A stretch of DNA of 64,000 nt from Verrucomicrobiia bacterium (GTDB lineage: Bacteria; Verrucomicrobiota; Verrucomicrobiia; Limisphaerales; DSYF01). Shown here piece after piece: positions 38,016 to 47,416 of the stretch (the stretch's first letter is position 1; each line of letters starts with the position of its first letter). The stretch covers positions 38,565 to 102,564 of the forward strand of contig DASTWL010000012.1 in the NCBI GenBank assembly GCA_035765895.1. Direction: 5' to 3'. A program made the position numbers and the translations under genes. The notes below the pieces were generated by a model, which saw only the letters and a program-made list of their open reading frames with translations, was not told the DNA's origin and ran no database searches.

Positions 38016-40796
38016 TTAGCGGCGTTCCAGTTTTTCGATGGCCCGGCGCAGGTTGCGTTCAATGGCCTCCCAGCGCTCCCCGGCCGCAATCTTTTTGCCG
38101 TCGGCTTCCCGCACGTAAAAGCTGTCAATGGCCGCCCCCTTTTCGGTGCTGATCCGCGCCGAGGAGATGTTGAGCTTCAATTCGGCCATCGCCTGGGAAA
38201 TGCCGTGCAGCAGGCCGATGGTGTCCTCGGTTTCGATGTCGATCAGCGAGCGTTCGGCCGACGCCTCGTTGTCGAGGGTGATCTGGGTGACGATGGGTTC
38301 GCCGCTGTAATCCTGGTAAAGCGTCCGGGCCCGGCGCTGTTTGGCAATCAGCGCGGTGAGGTCGAAATCCGCCGTGGTGAGCACGCGGCCCAGCAGGTCG
38401 TCAAATTCCTCGGTTTGTTCCGGGTCGGCGAGGGAGCCGGTGCGGCCGTCAGTGACGGAAAACACGTCGAGCACGATGCCGTCCTTGCGGGTGAACACCT
38501 GTGCGCGGAGGATGTTCAAGCCCGTGGCGCTCAGGGCGCCGGCAATGTGGCTGAACAGCCCGGCGCGGTCCCACGTGCAGATCCGCACGTCACTGTAACC
38601 GCGGTCGCGTTGATGCTGCCAGCGGGTCGCCGGCGCCAGCGCGTGCCCGTCTTCACCCACCTGCTGCTGCATGAAGCGGTGGACGAGTTCGATGTCCTCG
38701 ACAATCTGGTCCGCGTTGTTGTGCACGAGGAAATAGCGGGGCGGCATGGCGGCAAAATGGGCCTCCGCCTCGTCCGCTTCGAGGCTCGCCGGGAGTTCCT
38801 GGCAGACTTCGCGCATGAGGGACTCGCGCTGCTTTTCCTCGGCGCGGAGGAATTCCGTGCCGCCCGTCAACAGCTTCATCGCCTTGCGGTGCAGAATCCA
38901 CAGGAGCGAATCCTTGAAGCCGTTCCACAATTTGTCGCTCGTCGCCACCGAATCCACGAAGGTCAGCAGGGTGAGGAGCTTCAGGTTTTCAGGCGTTTGC
39001 AACTGGCGGGCGAAGGTCGCCACCACGTCCGGATCGTCCAGGTCGCGGCGTTGCGAGGTGATGGCCATGAGCAGGTGATGGGCGATCACGTTCTGCAACG
39101 TGTCAATGGCGCCCTCCTCCAGGTGTAGCCGGCGGGCCACGCGCTGGGCGAGTTTGCCGCCGACTTCGGCGTGTTTGCCATGGCCGCCCGCCTTGCCGAC
39201 GTCGTGCAGCAGCAGGGCGAGGTAGAGCAGGTAGGGATGTTCGAGTTCCTGCAACAGGCTGGTGTATTCCGCGTAGGGGGCGGTCTTGCCCTCCCACACC
39301 CGGTCAAGCTGTTCAAGGCACATCAGGGTGTGTTCGTCGGCGGCGTATTGGTGATAGAACTCGTGCTGCACGAGGCAGGTGAGCTTGCCAAATTCGGGAA
39401 TGTATTTGCCGAGCAAGCCCGTCTCATGCATGGCCCGCAGCACGCGCGCGACGTCGCCACGCTGGTTGAGGATGGCGAGGAAACTCTCATGCACATGGGC
39501 ATCGGCGAGGAACGCCCGGTCCACGAGCGGCAGTTGATTCCGGATCAACTGCACGAGGTCGGGATGCAACTGGAGGCCGCGTTGTTGGGCGTGCAGAAAC
39601 ACGCGCATCAGGCGCCGGGGGGAATCGCGGAACACCCGCGGCGAGGCGGCGTGAATCTCGCCGTTGATGAACTTGAAACCGTCCACTGGTTCGACGGCAA
39701 CGGGCTTCTGCCGCGGCAGGAGCTTGCGCAGGGAGAACCGGGACAATTGGGGCGGCAGGATGGCCATGCGTTGTTCCAGCGTGCGCGTGATCAAAAACAC
39801 GTTGCGGGTGTGCGTGTAGAAATCGCGCATGAAACGCTCGATGCGGCGGCTGGCCGAGCGTTCGTGGTAGCCCAGCCCGTGCGCGATGGCCGGCTGCAGG
39901 TTCTTCGTCAGCACATCCGTGAGGCGTGGCACCTCGTAGTGCATCTCCGTGCGCACGCGGAGCAGAAAATCGTAGGCAGCCTCGAGTTGTTTGCGTTCCG
40001 TGGCGCTGATGAATTCCCGCGCCTGCAGGTCCGCGAGCGAGCGGGTGCCGTGCTTGAAGAAGGCCATCCACAGCAGGTTCTGGTAATCCCGCAGGCCGCC
40101 GCAGCCGTTCTTCACGTTCGGCTCCAGCATGAACGCCGAATTGCCAAACTTGGTCCGCCGGGCGGATTGATCCTCCATGCGGGCGGCGATGTATTCATCG
40201 GCGTGGCCCTTGACGCATTTGGCCACGATGGTCTGCTGAAATTTCTCGAACAACCCCTGGTCACCGGCGATCAGCCGGGACTCGATCACGGAGGTTTTCG
40301 ACTGCATGTCGCTGTTGGCCACCTTGACGCATTCCTCCAGCGAACGGACCGAATGCCCGATCTTGAAGCCCAGATCCCACAGCGGATACAGGATGCCGTC
40401 CAGCATGCGGGCCAGATAGGGATGCGGCTTGCCCGCGCCGACCACCTGGCCGTTGTGCAGGAACATGAAATCAATGTCGCTGTGCGGATTCAACTCGCCG
40501 CGGCCGTAGCCGCCCAGGGCGATCAGCGCGATTTTGGGAAACTCCTTCTGCGCCTGCGGGGACAGGCTCTGCTTGGCCGTGTCCCAGAAATGCCGCAACA
40601 GCACGTCAAGGATGTGGGCACGTGCGGCGCAGACTTCGCGGCCGCCGGCGCCGGCGCGGTGCAGCATCTTGAGGCGGTGCGTTTCGACCTTGAGGAAGGC
40701 CTTGTAACGCGCGAGTTCCTGGGACGGCTGGCGTCCGGCGGGCAGGACCAGCCGGGTGGCGGCGCTGGTCTCGATTTTCTGGAGCAAGGTCTGCAT
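38016..40796 (-). CDS. glnD: [protein-PII] uridylyltransferase/uridylyl-removing enzyme
   Basis: It has the nucleotidyltransferase motif GGYGRGELNPHSDIDFMFL, an HD domain (LLHDVGK), and two C-terminal ACT domains. I prefer the start at MQTLLQK (40796). Confidence 0.9.
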   Translation of the reverse strand: MQTLLQKIETSAATRLVLPAGRQPSQELARYKAFLKVETHRLKMLHRAGAGGREVCAARAHILDVLLRHFWDTAKQSLSPQAQKEFPKIALIALGGYGRGELNPHSDIDFMFLHNGQVVGAGKPHPYLARMLDGILYPLWDLGFKIGHSVRSLEECVKVANSDMQSKTSVIESRLIAGDQGLFEKFQQTIVAKCVKGHADEYIAARMEDQSARRTKFGNSAFMLEPNVKNGCGGLRDYQNLLWMAFFKHGTRSLADLQAREFISATERKQLEAAYDFLLRVRTEMHYEVPRLTDVLTKNLQPAIAHGLGYHERSASRRIERFMRDFYTHTRNVFLITRTLEQRMAILPPQLSRFSLRKLLPRQKPVAVEPVDGFKFINGEIHAASPRVFRDSPRRLMRVFLHAQQRGLQLHPDLVQLIRNQLPLVDRAFLADAHVHESFLAILNQRGDVARVLRAMHETGLLGKYIPEFGKLTCLVQHEFYHQYAADEHTLMCLEQLDRVWEGKTAPYAEYTSLLQELEHPYLLYLALLLHDVGKAGGHGKHAEVGGKLAQRVARRLHLEEGAIDTLQNVIAHHLLMAITSQRRDLDDPDVVATFARQLQTPENLKLLTLLTFVDSVATSDKLWNGFKDSLLWILHRKAMKLLTGGTEFLRAEEKQRESLMREVCQELPASLEADEAEAHFAAMPPRYFLVHNNADQIVEDIELVHRFMQQQVGEDGHALAPATRWQHQRDRGYSDVRICTWDRAGLFSHIAGALSATGLNILRAQVFTRKDGIVLDVFSVTDGRTGSLADPEQTEEFDDLLGRVLTTADFDLTALIAKQRRARTLYQDYSGEPIVTQITLDNEASAERSLIDIETEDTIGLLHGISQAMAELKLNISSARISTEKGAAIDSFYVREADGKKIAAGERWEAIERNLRRAIEKLERR

Positions 40797-40887
40797 GTCC
40801 GGCGCACACTTTGGGGCATACCGGCTTGAACGCAAGCGCGGCGCAACCTTGTTCGCCTGCTGGTGTTTCCTTAACTTGGCCGCCGTA

Positions 40888-41490
40888 ATGCCCGCCCGTT
40901 CCGATCCTGATGCCGCGCTGATGCTCCGCGTTCAACGCGGCGACCGCGACGCATTCACGGAACTCGTGCGCAAATACGAGCAGCCCATCTATAACTTCAT
41001 CCTGCGCACCCTGCGGGACGAAACCGAGGCCGAGGATCTGGCGCAGGCCACGTTTGTGCAGGTCTGGAAATCCGCCCGGCGGTATCAGGCCAGCGCCAAA
41101 TTCTCCACGTGGATTTACACCATCGCCCGCAACCTCTGCCTGAATGAAATCCGCCGCCGCGCGCGGCACCCGGCCGAATCGCTCGACGGTTCGGCCCACA
41201 CCGGCGCCGAGGACATCGCGCCGCAAATTGAGGACCGGGCGGCGCCCCAGCCGCCCGGGGCCTTGCTGCATGGCGAACTCGAGGCGAAACTCGCCGAGGC
41301 CCTCGGGGATTTGCCCGAGAACCAGCGCACAGCCATCCTGCTGTGTCAGCGGGATGAGTTGAGCTACGAGGAGATTGCCCGCGTGCTGGGCTGCTCGCTG
41401 GCGGCCACGAAATCACTGATTTTCCGCGGCCGCGAAACGTTGAAGCAGCGGTTGAAGGCCTACTTGAAAACCGGAGAATGGACATCATGA
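40888..41490 (+). CDS. ECF-type RNA polymerase sigma-70 family factor
   Basis: Region 2 reads AFTELVRKYEQPIYNFILR..DLAQATFVQVW. Region 4 reads LSYEEIARVLGCSLAATKSLIFRGR. I prefer the start at 40888. Confidence 0.88.
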   Translation: MPARSDPDAALMLRVQRGDRDAFTELVRKYEQPIYNFILRTLRDETEAEDLAQATFVQVWKSARRYQASAKFSTWIYTIARNLCLNEIRRRARHPAESLDGSAHTGAEDIAPQIEDRAAPQPPGALLHGELEAKLAEALGDLPENQRTAILLCQRDELSYEEIARVLGCSLAATKSLIFRGRETLKQRLKAYLKTGEWTS

Positions 41491-41562
41491 GCCGGATCCA
41501 ATCGATTCCCTTTCAACGACGCAACTTTTCACCGGGACCGGTGATTAACCCCCTGTCGAGCC

Positions 41563-42087
41563 ATGAAACTTGACCCGCTTGAACAACTGCGTGAGCAGGC
41601 CTGGCGACGGCCTTTGACGCCGGCGGAACAGGCCCAGCTCGAAGCCTGGTTCGCGGCCCATCCCGGGGCGCGGGCCGATTGGGAAGCGGATGCCGCCCTG
41701 AGCGCGGCGCTCGCCCGGCTGCCCGAAGCGGCGGCGCCTTCCAATCTCACGGCGCGGGTGCTGGCGGCCCTTGAGCGGGGCGATTTGGCCACGGTCGGTG
41801 CGCGGGGAAAATTTTGGTTGGGTTGGGTTGGTTGGGTCCCGCGCACCGCCGTGGCCGCTGCCGTCGTGGCGGCGGGGTTGTTCGCTGGTGTGGCGGTGCA
41901 CCGGCATCAACAGCAGGTCGCGCGGGTCGAGGCCATGCGCCAACTCGCGGCGGCGGCGGAAGTCACGCCCGTGCCCAGCCCGGAAGTGTTGCAGGATTTG
42001 GAGGTCATCCGCCGCATCAATCTCACCCCGGCGGCGGACGTTCAACTGCTCGCGCTGGGACCGGAACTGCAGGCGCTCGCCAAATAA
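41563..42087 (+). CDS. putative anti-sigma factor, single-pass membrane protein
   Basis: It lies immediately downstream of the ECF sigma gene. The N-terminal cytoplasmic region is followed by a TM helix (AVAAAVVAAGLFAGVAV). Confidence 0.55.
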   Translation: MKLDPLEQLREQAWRRPLTPAEQAQLEAWFAAHPGARADWEADAALSAALARLPEAAAPSNLTARVLAALERGDLATVGARGKFWLGWVGWVPRTAVAAAVVAAGLFAGVAVHRHQQQVARVEAMRQLAAAAEVTPVPSPEVLQDLEVIRRINLTPAADVQLLALGPELQALAK

Positions 42088-43079
42088 TGCATTACGGAAA
42101 CCCCAGTGTGCGGCGTTGGACGGGGCTGGTGGCTCTGGCGCTTTGCCTGACGGCCACGGTCACGCCGGCGGCATCCACAAATGCCCCAACAAATGCCTCA
42201 GCGTCCACAACGACCCCGCCCGTCACGCTGGCGCCTTCTCCGGTGCAAGTGTTCCGTGAACTGCTGCTCAAGACGCCCGAAGAACGCGAGGAGTTGCTGT
42301 CCTTGCGCCCGCCCGGCATGCGCGAACCCTTGGAGGCCAAGATCAAGGAATACCTTGCGTTGTCTCCGGAAGAACGGGAGCTGCGTTTGCAGGCCACCGA
42401 ACTCCGGCATTATTTGCTGCAACTGATGCCGGTCCCCGCGACCAACCGCCCACCCTTGCTCGCGCAAATCCCCGAGCCGATGCGGGCGGTTGTGACGTCC
42501 CGCTTGGAGACGTGGAATTTGTTTCCGCCGGCCATGCAGGATGAAATGCTCGAAAACGAGCAGATGGTGCGCTACTTCACCCAGTTGCGCGGGGCGGACG
42601 CCACGCAACGCGAGGCCATTCTGGCCGGCCTGTCGCCGGCGCAGCAGGCCCGGGTCAAATCCGAGCTGGCACGCTGGCAATCGCTGTCGGACAAGGACCG
42701 GTCCGCCATTTTCACGCAGCTCAATCAGTTTTTTGACCTGAACCCGTCCGAACGCGAAACCGCGCTGCGCAAGTTGTCCGACCCCGAACGGGAAGCCATG
42801 GAGCAAACGCTGACGGCGTTTGGCCACCTGACGCCGCAGCAACGCGCGGTCTGCATTGCCGCGTTCGAGAAGTTTGCGAACATGACGCTCCCCGAACGGC
42901 AGCTCTTTTTGAAACAGGCCGACGCCTGGCAGCGCATGACGCCGTCGGAGCGCGAGCGCTGGCGGGAACTGGTGACGCGGGTGCCGGACTGGCCGCCGTT
43001 GCCGCCGGGCATGCTGCCCTTGCCGGCCGCGGCCCAACTGCATCCCGTGCCCGCCTCGGGTGGCTCGACGAACCCGTAA
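42087..43079 (+). CDS. DUF3106-like periplasmic repeat protein
   Basis: Its start overlaps the anti-sigma stop (TAATG). It has a signal peptide and repeated L(S/T)P(E/A)(E/Q)R...W helical motifs (LSPEERELRL, LSPAQQARV, LNPSERETAL, LTPQQRAV, MTPSERERW). Confidence 0.6.
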   Translation: MHYGNPSVRRWTGLVALALCLTATVTPAASTNAPTNASASTTTPPVTLAPSPVQVFRELLLKTPEEREELLSLRPPGMREPLEAKIKEYLALSPEERELRLQATELRHYLLQLMPVPATNRPPLLAQIPEPMRAVVTSRLETWNLFPPAMQDEMLENEQMVRYFTQLRGADATQREAILAGLSPAQQARVKSELARWQSLSDKDRSAIFTQLNQFFDLNPSERETALRKLSDPEREAMEQTLTAFGHLTPQQRAVCIAAFEKFANMTLPERQLFLKQADAWQRMTPSERERWRELVTRVPDWPPLPPGMLPLPAAAQLHPVPASGGSTNP

Positions 43080-43101
43080 CGTCCGTCCGTCCGGGAGAGG
43101 T

Positions 43102-43761
43102 TCAAGCAAACCGGCACTTCGCTTCGACGGCGCGCGCCAGCCGGCGCAGGTATTCCGCGCGGCGGATTTCTCCGGCGCCCAGCGCGGCGGTGGCCGGGGT
43201 GACCATTTGCACATCGAACAGCAGGAAGCCCCGTTCGCGCAGGCGTTCCACAAGGTGGGCGAGCGCAATCTTCGAGGCGTTGTCGGCGCGATGGAACATG
43301 GATTCACCTGCGAACAGACCGCCCACGTGCACGCCGTAAACGCCGCCGACGAGTTCCGCGCCCAGCCAGCATTCGACGCTGTGCGCGTGACCGCGCTCGT
43401 GCAGCGCCACGTAGGCGGCGATGAACTCGGGCGTAATCCACGACTGGCCACGGCGGGGTGTGGGCGTGGCGCAGCCGGCCATCACTTCCCGGAAGGCCCG
43501 GTTCACGGTGATTTTGTAAGGGCACTGGCGGATGATTTGCGCGAGCCGGCGCGGGACATGGAATCCGTCCAGCTCGATGATGCCTCGCGGATCGGGCGAC
43601 CACCACGTGACCGGCCGCGCGGTCCACGGAAAAATCCCGCTGCGGTAGGCGAGCAACAACCGGTCCGCCGACAAATCGCCGCCGAAAGCCACCATCCCTT
43701 CGGCATCCGCCAGGCGCGGATTGGGGAATTGCATCCGGTGATCGAGCAGGACGGGTGACAT
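43102..43761 (-). CDS. aat: leucyl/phenylalanyl-tRNA--protein transferase
   Basis: The sequence LLLAYRSGIFPW......WWSPDPR is typical of Aat. The protein is 219 aa. Confidence 0.88.
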   Translation of the reverse strand: MSPVLLDHRMQFPNPRLADAEGMVAFGGDLSADRLLLAYRSGIFPWTARPVTWWSPDPRGIIELDGFHVPRRLAQIIRQCPYKITVNRAFREVMAGCATPTPRRGQSWITPEFIAAYVALHERGHAHSVECWLGAELVGGVYGVHVGGLFAGESMFHRADNASKIALAHLVERLRERGFLLFDVQMVTPATAALGAGEIRRAEYLRRLARAVEAKCRFA

Positions 43762-43788
43762 GGGCGGGTGCGGACGAAGCGGGCGGCG

Positions 43789-44265
43789 TCAAATGGGCGA
43801 GCGGCCTTCCAGGCCGTGCAGGATGAACATTTCAAACATGCCGCTGATTTCCATCGCTGCCCAGATCCGGTTCAGCTGCGGATCGACGTCGCCGGGTTCC
43901 TGCCGGTCCTCGGGCGAACCGAGCAGCAGCCAGCTGCCCACGCGGATGTCGTTCAATACCTGCAACAGCCATTCGGAGTCTTCCCGCCGCACGGTGAGGG
44001 TGTAGCCGGCTTTGGTGCGGCGGAACCGCTTTTCGCCGGCCAGCCACGTTTTCACCCGTGCTTTGTGGTGGGCGCGCTGCTCAGCCAGCGCCTCATCAAG
44101 CAGCCGCCGGGCTTCCGCGGCGGGTTCGGCCGGGAGGGAGCGGCTCAGCGGTTGATGGGCCGCGGGCACCAGTGGATAGAGATCCAATATCTGGACCAGC
44201 ACGTCCCGCTCGGTGGTGTTGAGGCTGAACACAATGGCCTCGTCGGTGGCGCGCAGCAGTTTCAT
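43789..44265 (-). CDS. hypothetical protein between clpS and aat (possibly DUF2017-like)
   Basis: Only the last 158 codons of the 720-aa track ORF look coding (start MKLLRATDEA). That ATG overlaps the clpS stop (ATGA). The motif LQVLNDIRVGSWLLLG recalls the clpS-linked DUF2017 family. Confidence 0.5.
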   Translation of the reverse strand: MKLLRATDEAIVFSLNTTERDVLVQILDLYPLVPAAHQPLSRSLPAEPAAEARRLLDEALAEQRAHHKARVKTWLAGEKRFRRTKAGYTLTVRREDSEWLLQVLNDIRVGSWLLLGSPEDRQEPGDVDPQLNRIWAAMEISGMFEMFILHGLEGRSPI

Positions 44266-44570
44266 GCGTCGCGCTCCAGTGTGGCGTGCAACGTGTATTT
44301 TTGCAGTTGGTGGACGTAAAACTCGGCCTTTTCCAGCCCCTCGCGGGCGAGCACGCTGCGGCCTTCTTGATGCACCTGCAGCATGTGAAATTCGGCTTTT
44401 TGCCGGGGCCAGCCGAAGACTTTTTGGAAGACGTGCGTCACATAATCCATGAAGTTGACCGGGTCGTTCCAACACACGACAAGATAGCCGGGCTCCAGGT
44501 CCGTTTGGGACTGGGCGTCCGGCTCGAGGTCGGGCATGACGACAGGTGTGGCCGTGTCGGGCATGGCCAA
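44262..44570 (-). CDS. clpS: ATP-dependent Clp protease adaptor ClpS
   Basis: 102 aa with the core YLVVCWNDPVNFMDYVTHVFQKVF typical of ClpS. Confidence 0.9.
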   Translation of the reverse strand: MAMPDTATPVVMPDLEPDAQSQTDLEPGYLVVCWNDPVNFMDYVTHVFQKVFGWPRQKAEFHMLQVHQEGRSVLAREGLEKAEFYVHQLQKYTLHATLERDA

Positions 44571-44706
44571 AAAATACTTTTACGGGCCAAACTTGTCGAG
44601 CGGGCGGCGCAATCGGGGCTGGCCGCGGGCCATCGCCGCGCGGACAATGAACGGTTCTTGCTGCGGCCGGTCGAAAGGGTGTTATCTTGCGGCAAATTAA
44701 AACGAC

Positions 44707-47025
44707 ATGAAGCAAACAAAACGAATCTGGATCGGGCTGGTGTGGCTGTGCGGCTGGCTCGTGGTGGCATTGCACGCCGAAACCAATGCGCCCGTCGCGC
44801 TGACGGAATTGAAGCCCGGTCCGGATGATGGCCGCATTGCGTTCGTCTGCGCGCGGCTGCTGGAGCAGGGGCATTACTCCCGCCACCCCTTCGACGACGA
44901 ATACTCGGGCCGGATGCTGGACTACTACCTCAACACGCTCGATCCGCAGCACATGCATTTTCTCCAGACGGACATCGACAAGTTCGAGCCCTACCGCAAG
45001 CGCCTGGATGACCTGATCCTGCGCCGCGGGGACACGTGGCCAGCCTACGAAATTTTCACCGTGTTCCGCCAGCGGCTCGCCGAACGGACCGAGTTCGCCG
45101 AAAGCCTCCTCCAGACCAATCATTTTGACTTCACCCGGGATGACCGCGTGTTGATCAACCGCAAGGACCAGCCCTGGCCAAAGGACATGGACGAAGCCCA
45201 CCATCTGTGGCGCGAGCGGCTGCGCTTCGAGTTTTTGCAGGAGAAACTCGCGCGCACGGACGCCGCCAAGAAGAAAACCACCGCCAAAAAGTCCGGCGCC
45301 ACGAACGACGCCCCGGCGGAGGTGAAGTCCCCGAAAACAATGGATGAGGAAATCGCCGAGGTGCTTTCCAAGCGTTACCATCGCAACCTGCACATTTTCG
45401 AGGAAATGGACCACGACGACGTGTTCGAGCTTTACCTGAATTCGCTGGCCCGCATCTACGACCCGCACTCCGATTACTTCGGCAAATCCCAGCTCCAGCA
45501 GTTCCAGATCAGCATGAACCTCGCGCTGTTCGGCATCGGCGCACAACTGCGGATGGACGATGACGGCTACTGCACCATCGAACGCCTCATGCCCGGCGGC
45601 CCGGCCCTCAAGAGCAAACAGATCGAAGAAAAGGAACGCATTGTCGCCGTGGCCCAAAGCAATGCCGTGCCGGTGGACGTCGTGGGCATGAACCTGAACA
45701 AGACCGTGCAGCTCATTCGCGGCGCGAAGGGCACCGAAGTGCGGCTCACGCTGGAAAAGCCCGACTCCCCCGAGCGGCACATCGTGTCGTTGATCCGGGA
45801 CGAAATCCCGCTCGAAGACCAGCAGGCCAAGGCGAAGATCATCGATCTGCCCGGCGACGGCGGCGTGACCAACCGCATCGGCGTCATTGATCTGCCGTCG
45901 TTTTATGCGCCCATCGATTCGCCCACGGACAAGAACAAGGCAGAGCCGCACTACACCAGTGTGGACGTGGCACTGCTGATCAAGAAGATGAAGGAGCAGA
46001 ACGTCGGCGGCATCATTCTTGACCTGCGCCGCAATGGCGGTGGTTCCCTGGAAGAGGCCATCAAGCTCACCGGCCTGTTCATCAAGGAAGGGCCGGTGGT
46101 CCAGGTGCGCGGGCCGGAGGGCGATCCGATTGTGGATTCGGACACGGACCCGGCGATGTTGTGGGACGGGCCGTTGGCGGTGCTGACCAGCCGGTTCAGC
46201 GCGTCCGCCTCCGAAATTGTGGCCGCTGCGTTGCAGGATTACGGGCGCGCCTTAATTGTTGGCGATTCCTCAACGCACGGCAAAGGCACCGTGCAAAGCT
46301 TGAACCAGTTGCGGGCCTACTTGCGCATGGCGGATCTGGACACCACCACTGAACCAGGCGCACTCAAGTTCACCATCCGCAAGTTTTACCGGGCCAGCGG
46401 CGCGTCCACCCAGTTCAAGGGCGTGACGCCGGACATTGTGCTGCCCTCCGTGCTCAACTACGCCAAGGACGTGGGCGAGGCGTCGCTCGAATACCCGCTG
46501 CCGTGGGACACCATTGCCAGCGCCAAGTATCAGAAACTCGACCGCGTGGCGCCCTATTTGCCGGAACTGCACAAGCTCTCCGACGGCCGCATTGCCAGGT
46601 CGAAGGACTTTGAATACATCCGGCAGGACATCGCCCAGTATCTCAAGCGGCAGGATGACAAGACCATTTCCCTCAATGAAAAAGTGCGGCTGAAGGAAAA
46701 GGCCGAGGACGATGCGCGCCAGAAGGCCCGTGACGAAGAACGCCGCAATCGCAAAGGCCTCAAGCCTGTCATTTATGACATCAGCCTGAAGCAGGCGGAA
46801 CTGGCCGGATTGCCGGCGCCGGAAGCGAGCACCAATTCACTCGCCGGGGCAACCACCACGGCGGCCATGCTCACCGCCCACACCAGTGCCGGTGTCGACG
46901 TGGACGCGGAGGATGCGGCCGGCGCGGACAAGGCGCCGGTTGTGGATCCCACGCTCGACGAAACGGAGTCCATTCTCGTGGACTACCTGCACCTGCTGGA
47001 CAAGGTGATCACGGCGAAGAAGTAA
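44707..47025 (+). CDS. prc: tail-specific (C-terminal processing) protease, S41 family
   Basis: It has a signal peptide and a Prc-like N-terminal domain (HYSRHPFDDEYSGRMLDYYLNTLDP). The catalytic region includes RRNGGGSL, SASASEIVA and THGKGTVQ. Confidence 0.88.
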   Translation: MKQTKRIWIGLVWLCGWLVVALHAETNAPVALTELKPGPDDGRIAFVCARLLEQGHYSRHPFDDEYSGRMLDYYLNTLDPQHMHFLQTDIDKFEPYRKRLDDLILRRGDTWPAYEIFTVFRQRLAERTEFAESLLQTNHFDFTRDDRVLINRKDQPWPKDMDEAHHLWRERLRFEFLQEKLARTDAAKKKTTAKKSGATNDAPAEVKSPKTMDEEIAEVLSKRYHRNLHIFEEMDHDDVFELYLNSLARIYDPHSDYFGKSQLQQFQISMNLALFGIGAQLRMDDDGYCTIERLMPGGPALKSKQIEEKERIVAVAQSNAVPVDVVGMNLNKTVQLIRGAKGTEVRLTLEKPDSPERHIVSLIRDEIPLEDQQAKAKIIDLPGDGGVTNRIGVIDLPSFYAPIDSPTDKNKAEPHYTSVDVALLIKKMKEQNVGGIILDLRRNGGGSLEEAIKLTGLFIKEGPVVQVRGPEGDPIVDSDTDPAMLWDGPLAVLTSRFSASASEIVAAALQDYGRALIVGDSSTHGKGTVQSLNQLRAYLRMADLDTTTEPGALKFTIRKFYRASGASTQFKGVTPDIVLPSVLNYAKDVGEASLEYPLPWDTIASAKYQKLDRVAPYLPELHKLSDGRIARSKDFEYIRQDIAQYLKRQDDKTISLNEKVRLKEKAEDDARQKARDEERRNRKGLKPVIYDISLKQAELAGLPAPEASTNSLAGATTTAAMLTAHTSAGVDVDAEDAAGADKAPVVDPTLDETESILVDYLHLLDKVITAKK

Positions 47026-47087
47026 TTCCAACCATCGCGCCGCCGGCAGCCCAAGGCTGGCCGGCGGCGCCAAAGAGGTATCGACGC

Positions 47088-47405
47088 ATGAATGTCTCAT
47101 CCTTCAAAACCGCCGCTCTGCTGGGCGCGGCCAGTTTGATGCTCGCGCTGTCCGTGGGTTGTGAAGAAAAGAGCCCGACGGAGAAGGCCGTCGAAAAAAC
47201 CAAGTCCGCCGCGCAGGATGCCGGCGACGCCATCAAGAATGCGGCCAAGAAAACCGGGGACGCCGTGAGTGACACCGCCAACCAGGCCTGGGACAAGGTG
47301 AAGGACGGCGCCCATGAAGTCAGCACGGTGGCCACCAATGTGGCGGCGGAAGTCAAGCAAGGTGCCGAGCAGGTGGGCGACAAAATCCAGCAGGCGGTCC
47401 ACTAG
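47088..47405 (+). CDS. small lipoprotein with Ala/Lys-rich helical repeats
   Basis: It has a lipobox (LALSVGC) followed by repetitive amphipathic KxAxDAGDAxK-type segments. Confidence 0.6.
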   Translation: MNVSSFKTAALLGAASLMLALSVGCEEKSPTEKAVEKTKSAAQDAGDAIKNAAKKTGDAVSDTANQAWDKVKDGAHEVSTVATNVAAEVKQGAEQVGDKIQQAVH

Positions 47406-47416
47406 GGCCGCGGCGC

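Noticed and set aside
38205-40829. Plus-strand ORFs opposite glnD (38205-39128 and 39171-40829)
   Set aside because: These are shadow ORFs. The minus-strand GlnD has NTase, HD and ACT motifs throughout.
44266-45951. N-terminal ~560 codons of the 720-aa minus-strand ORF 43789-45951
   Set aside because: This part is antisense to prc and overlaps clpS in another frame. Only the last 158 codons, which start with an ATG coupled to the clpS stop, look like a real gene.
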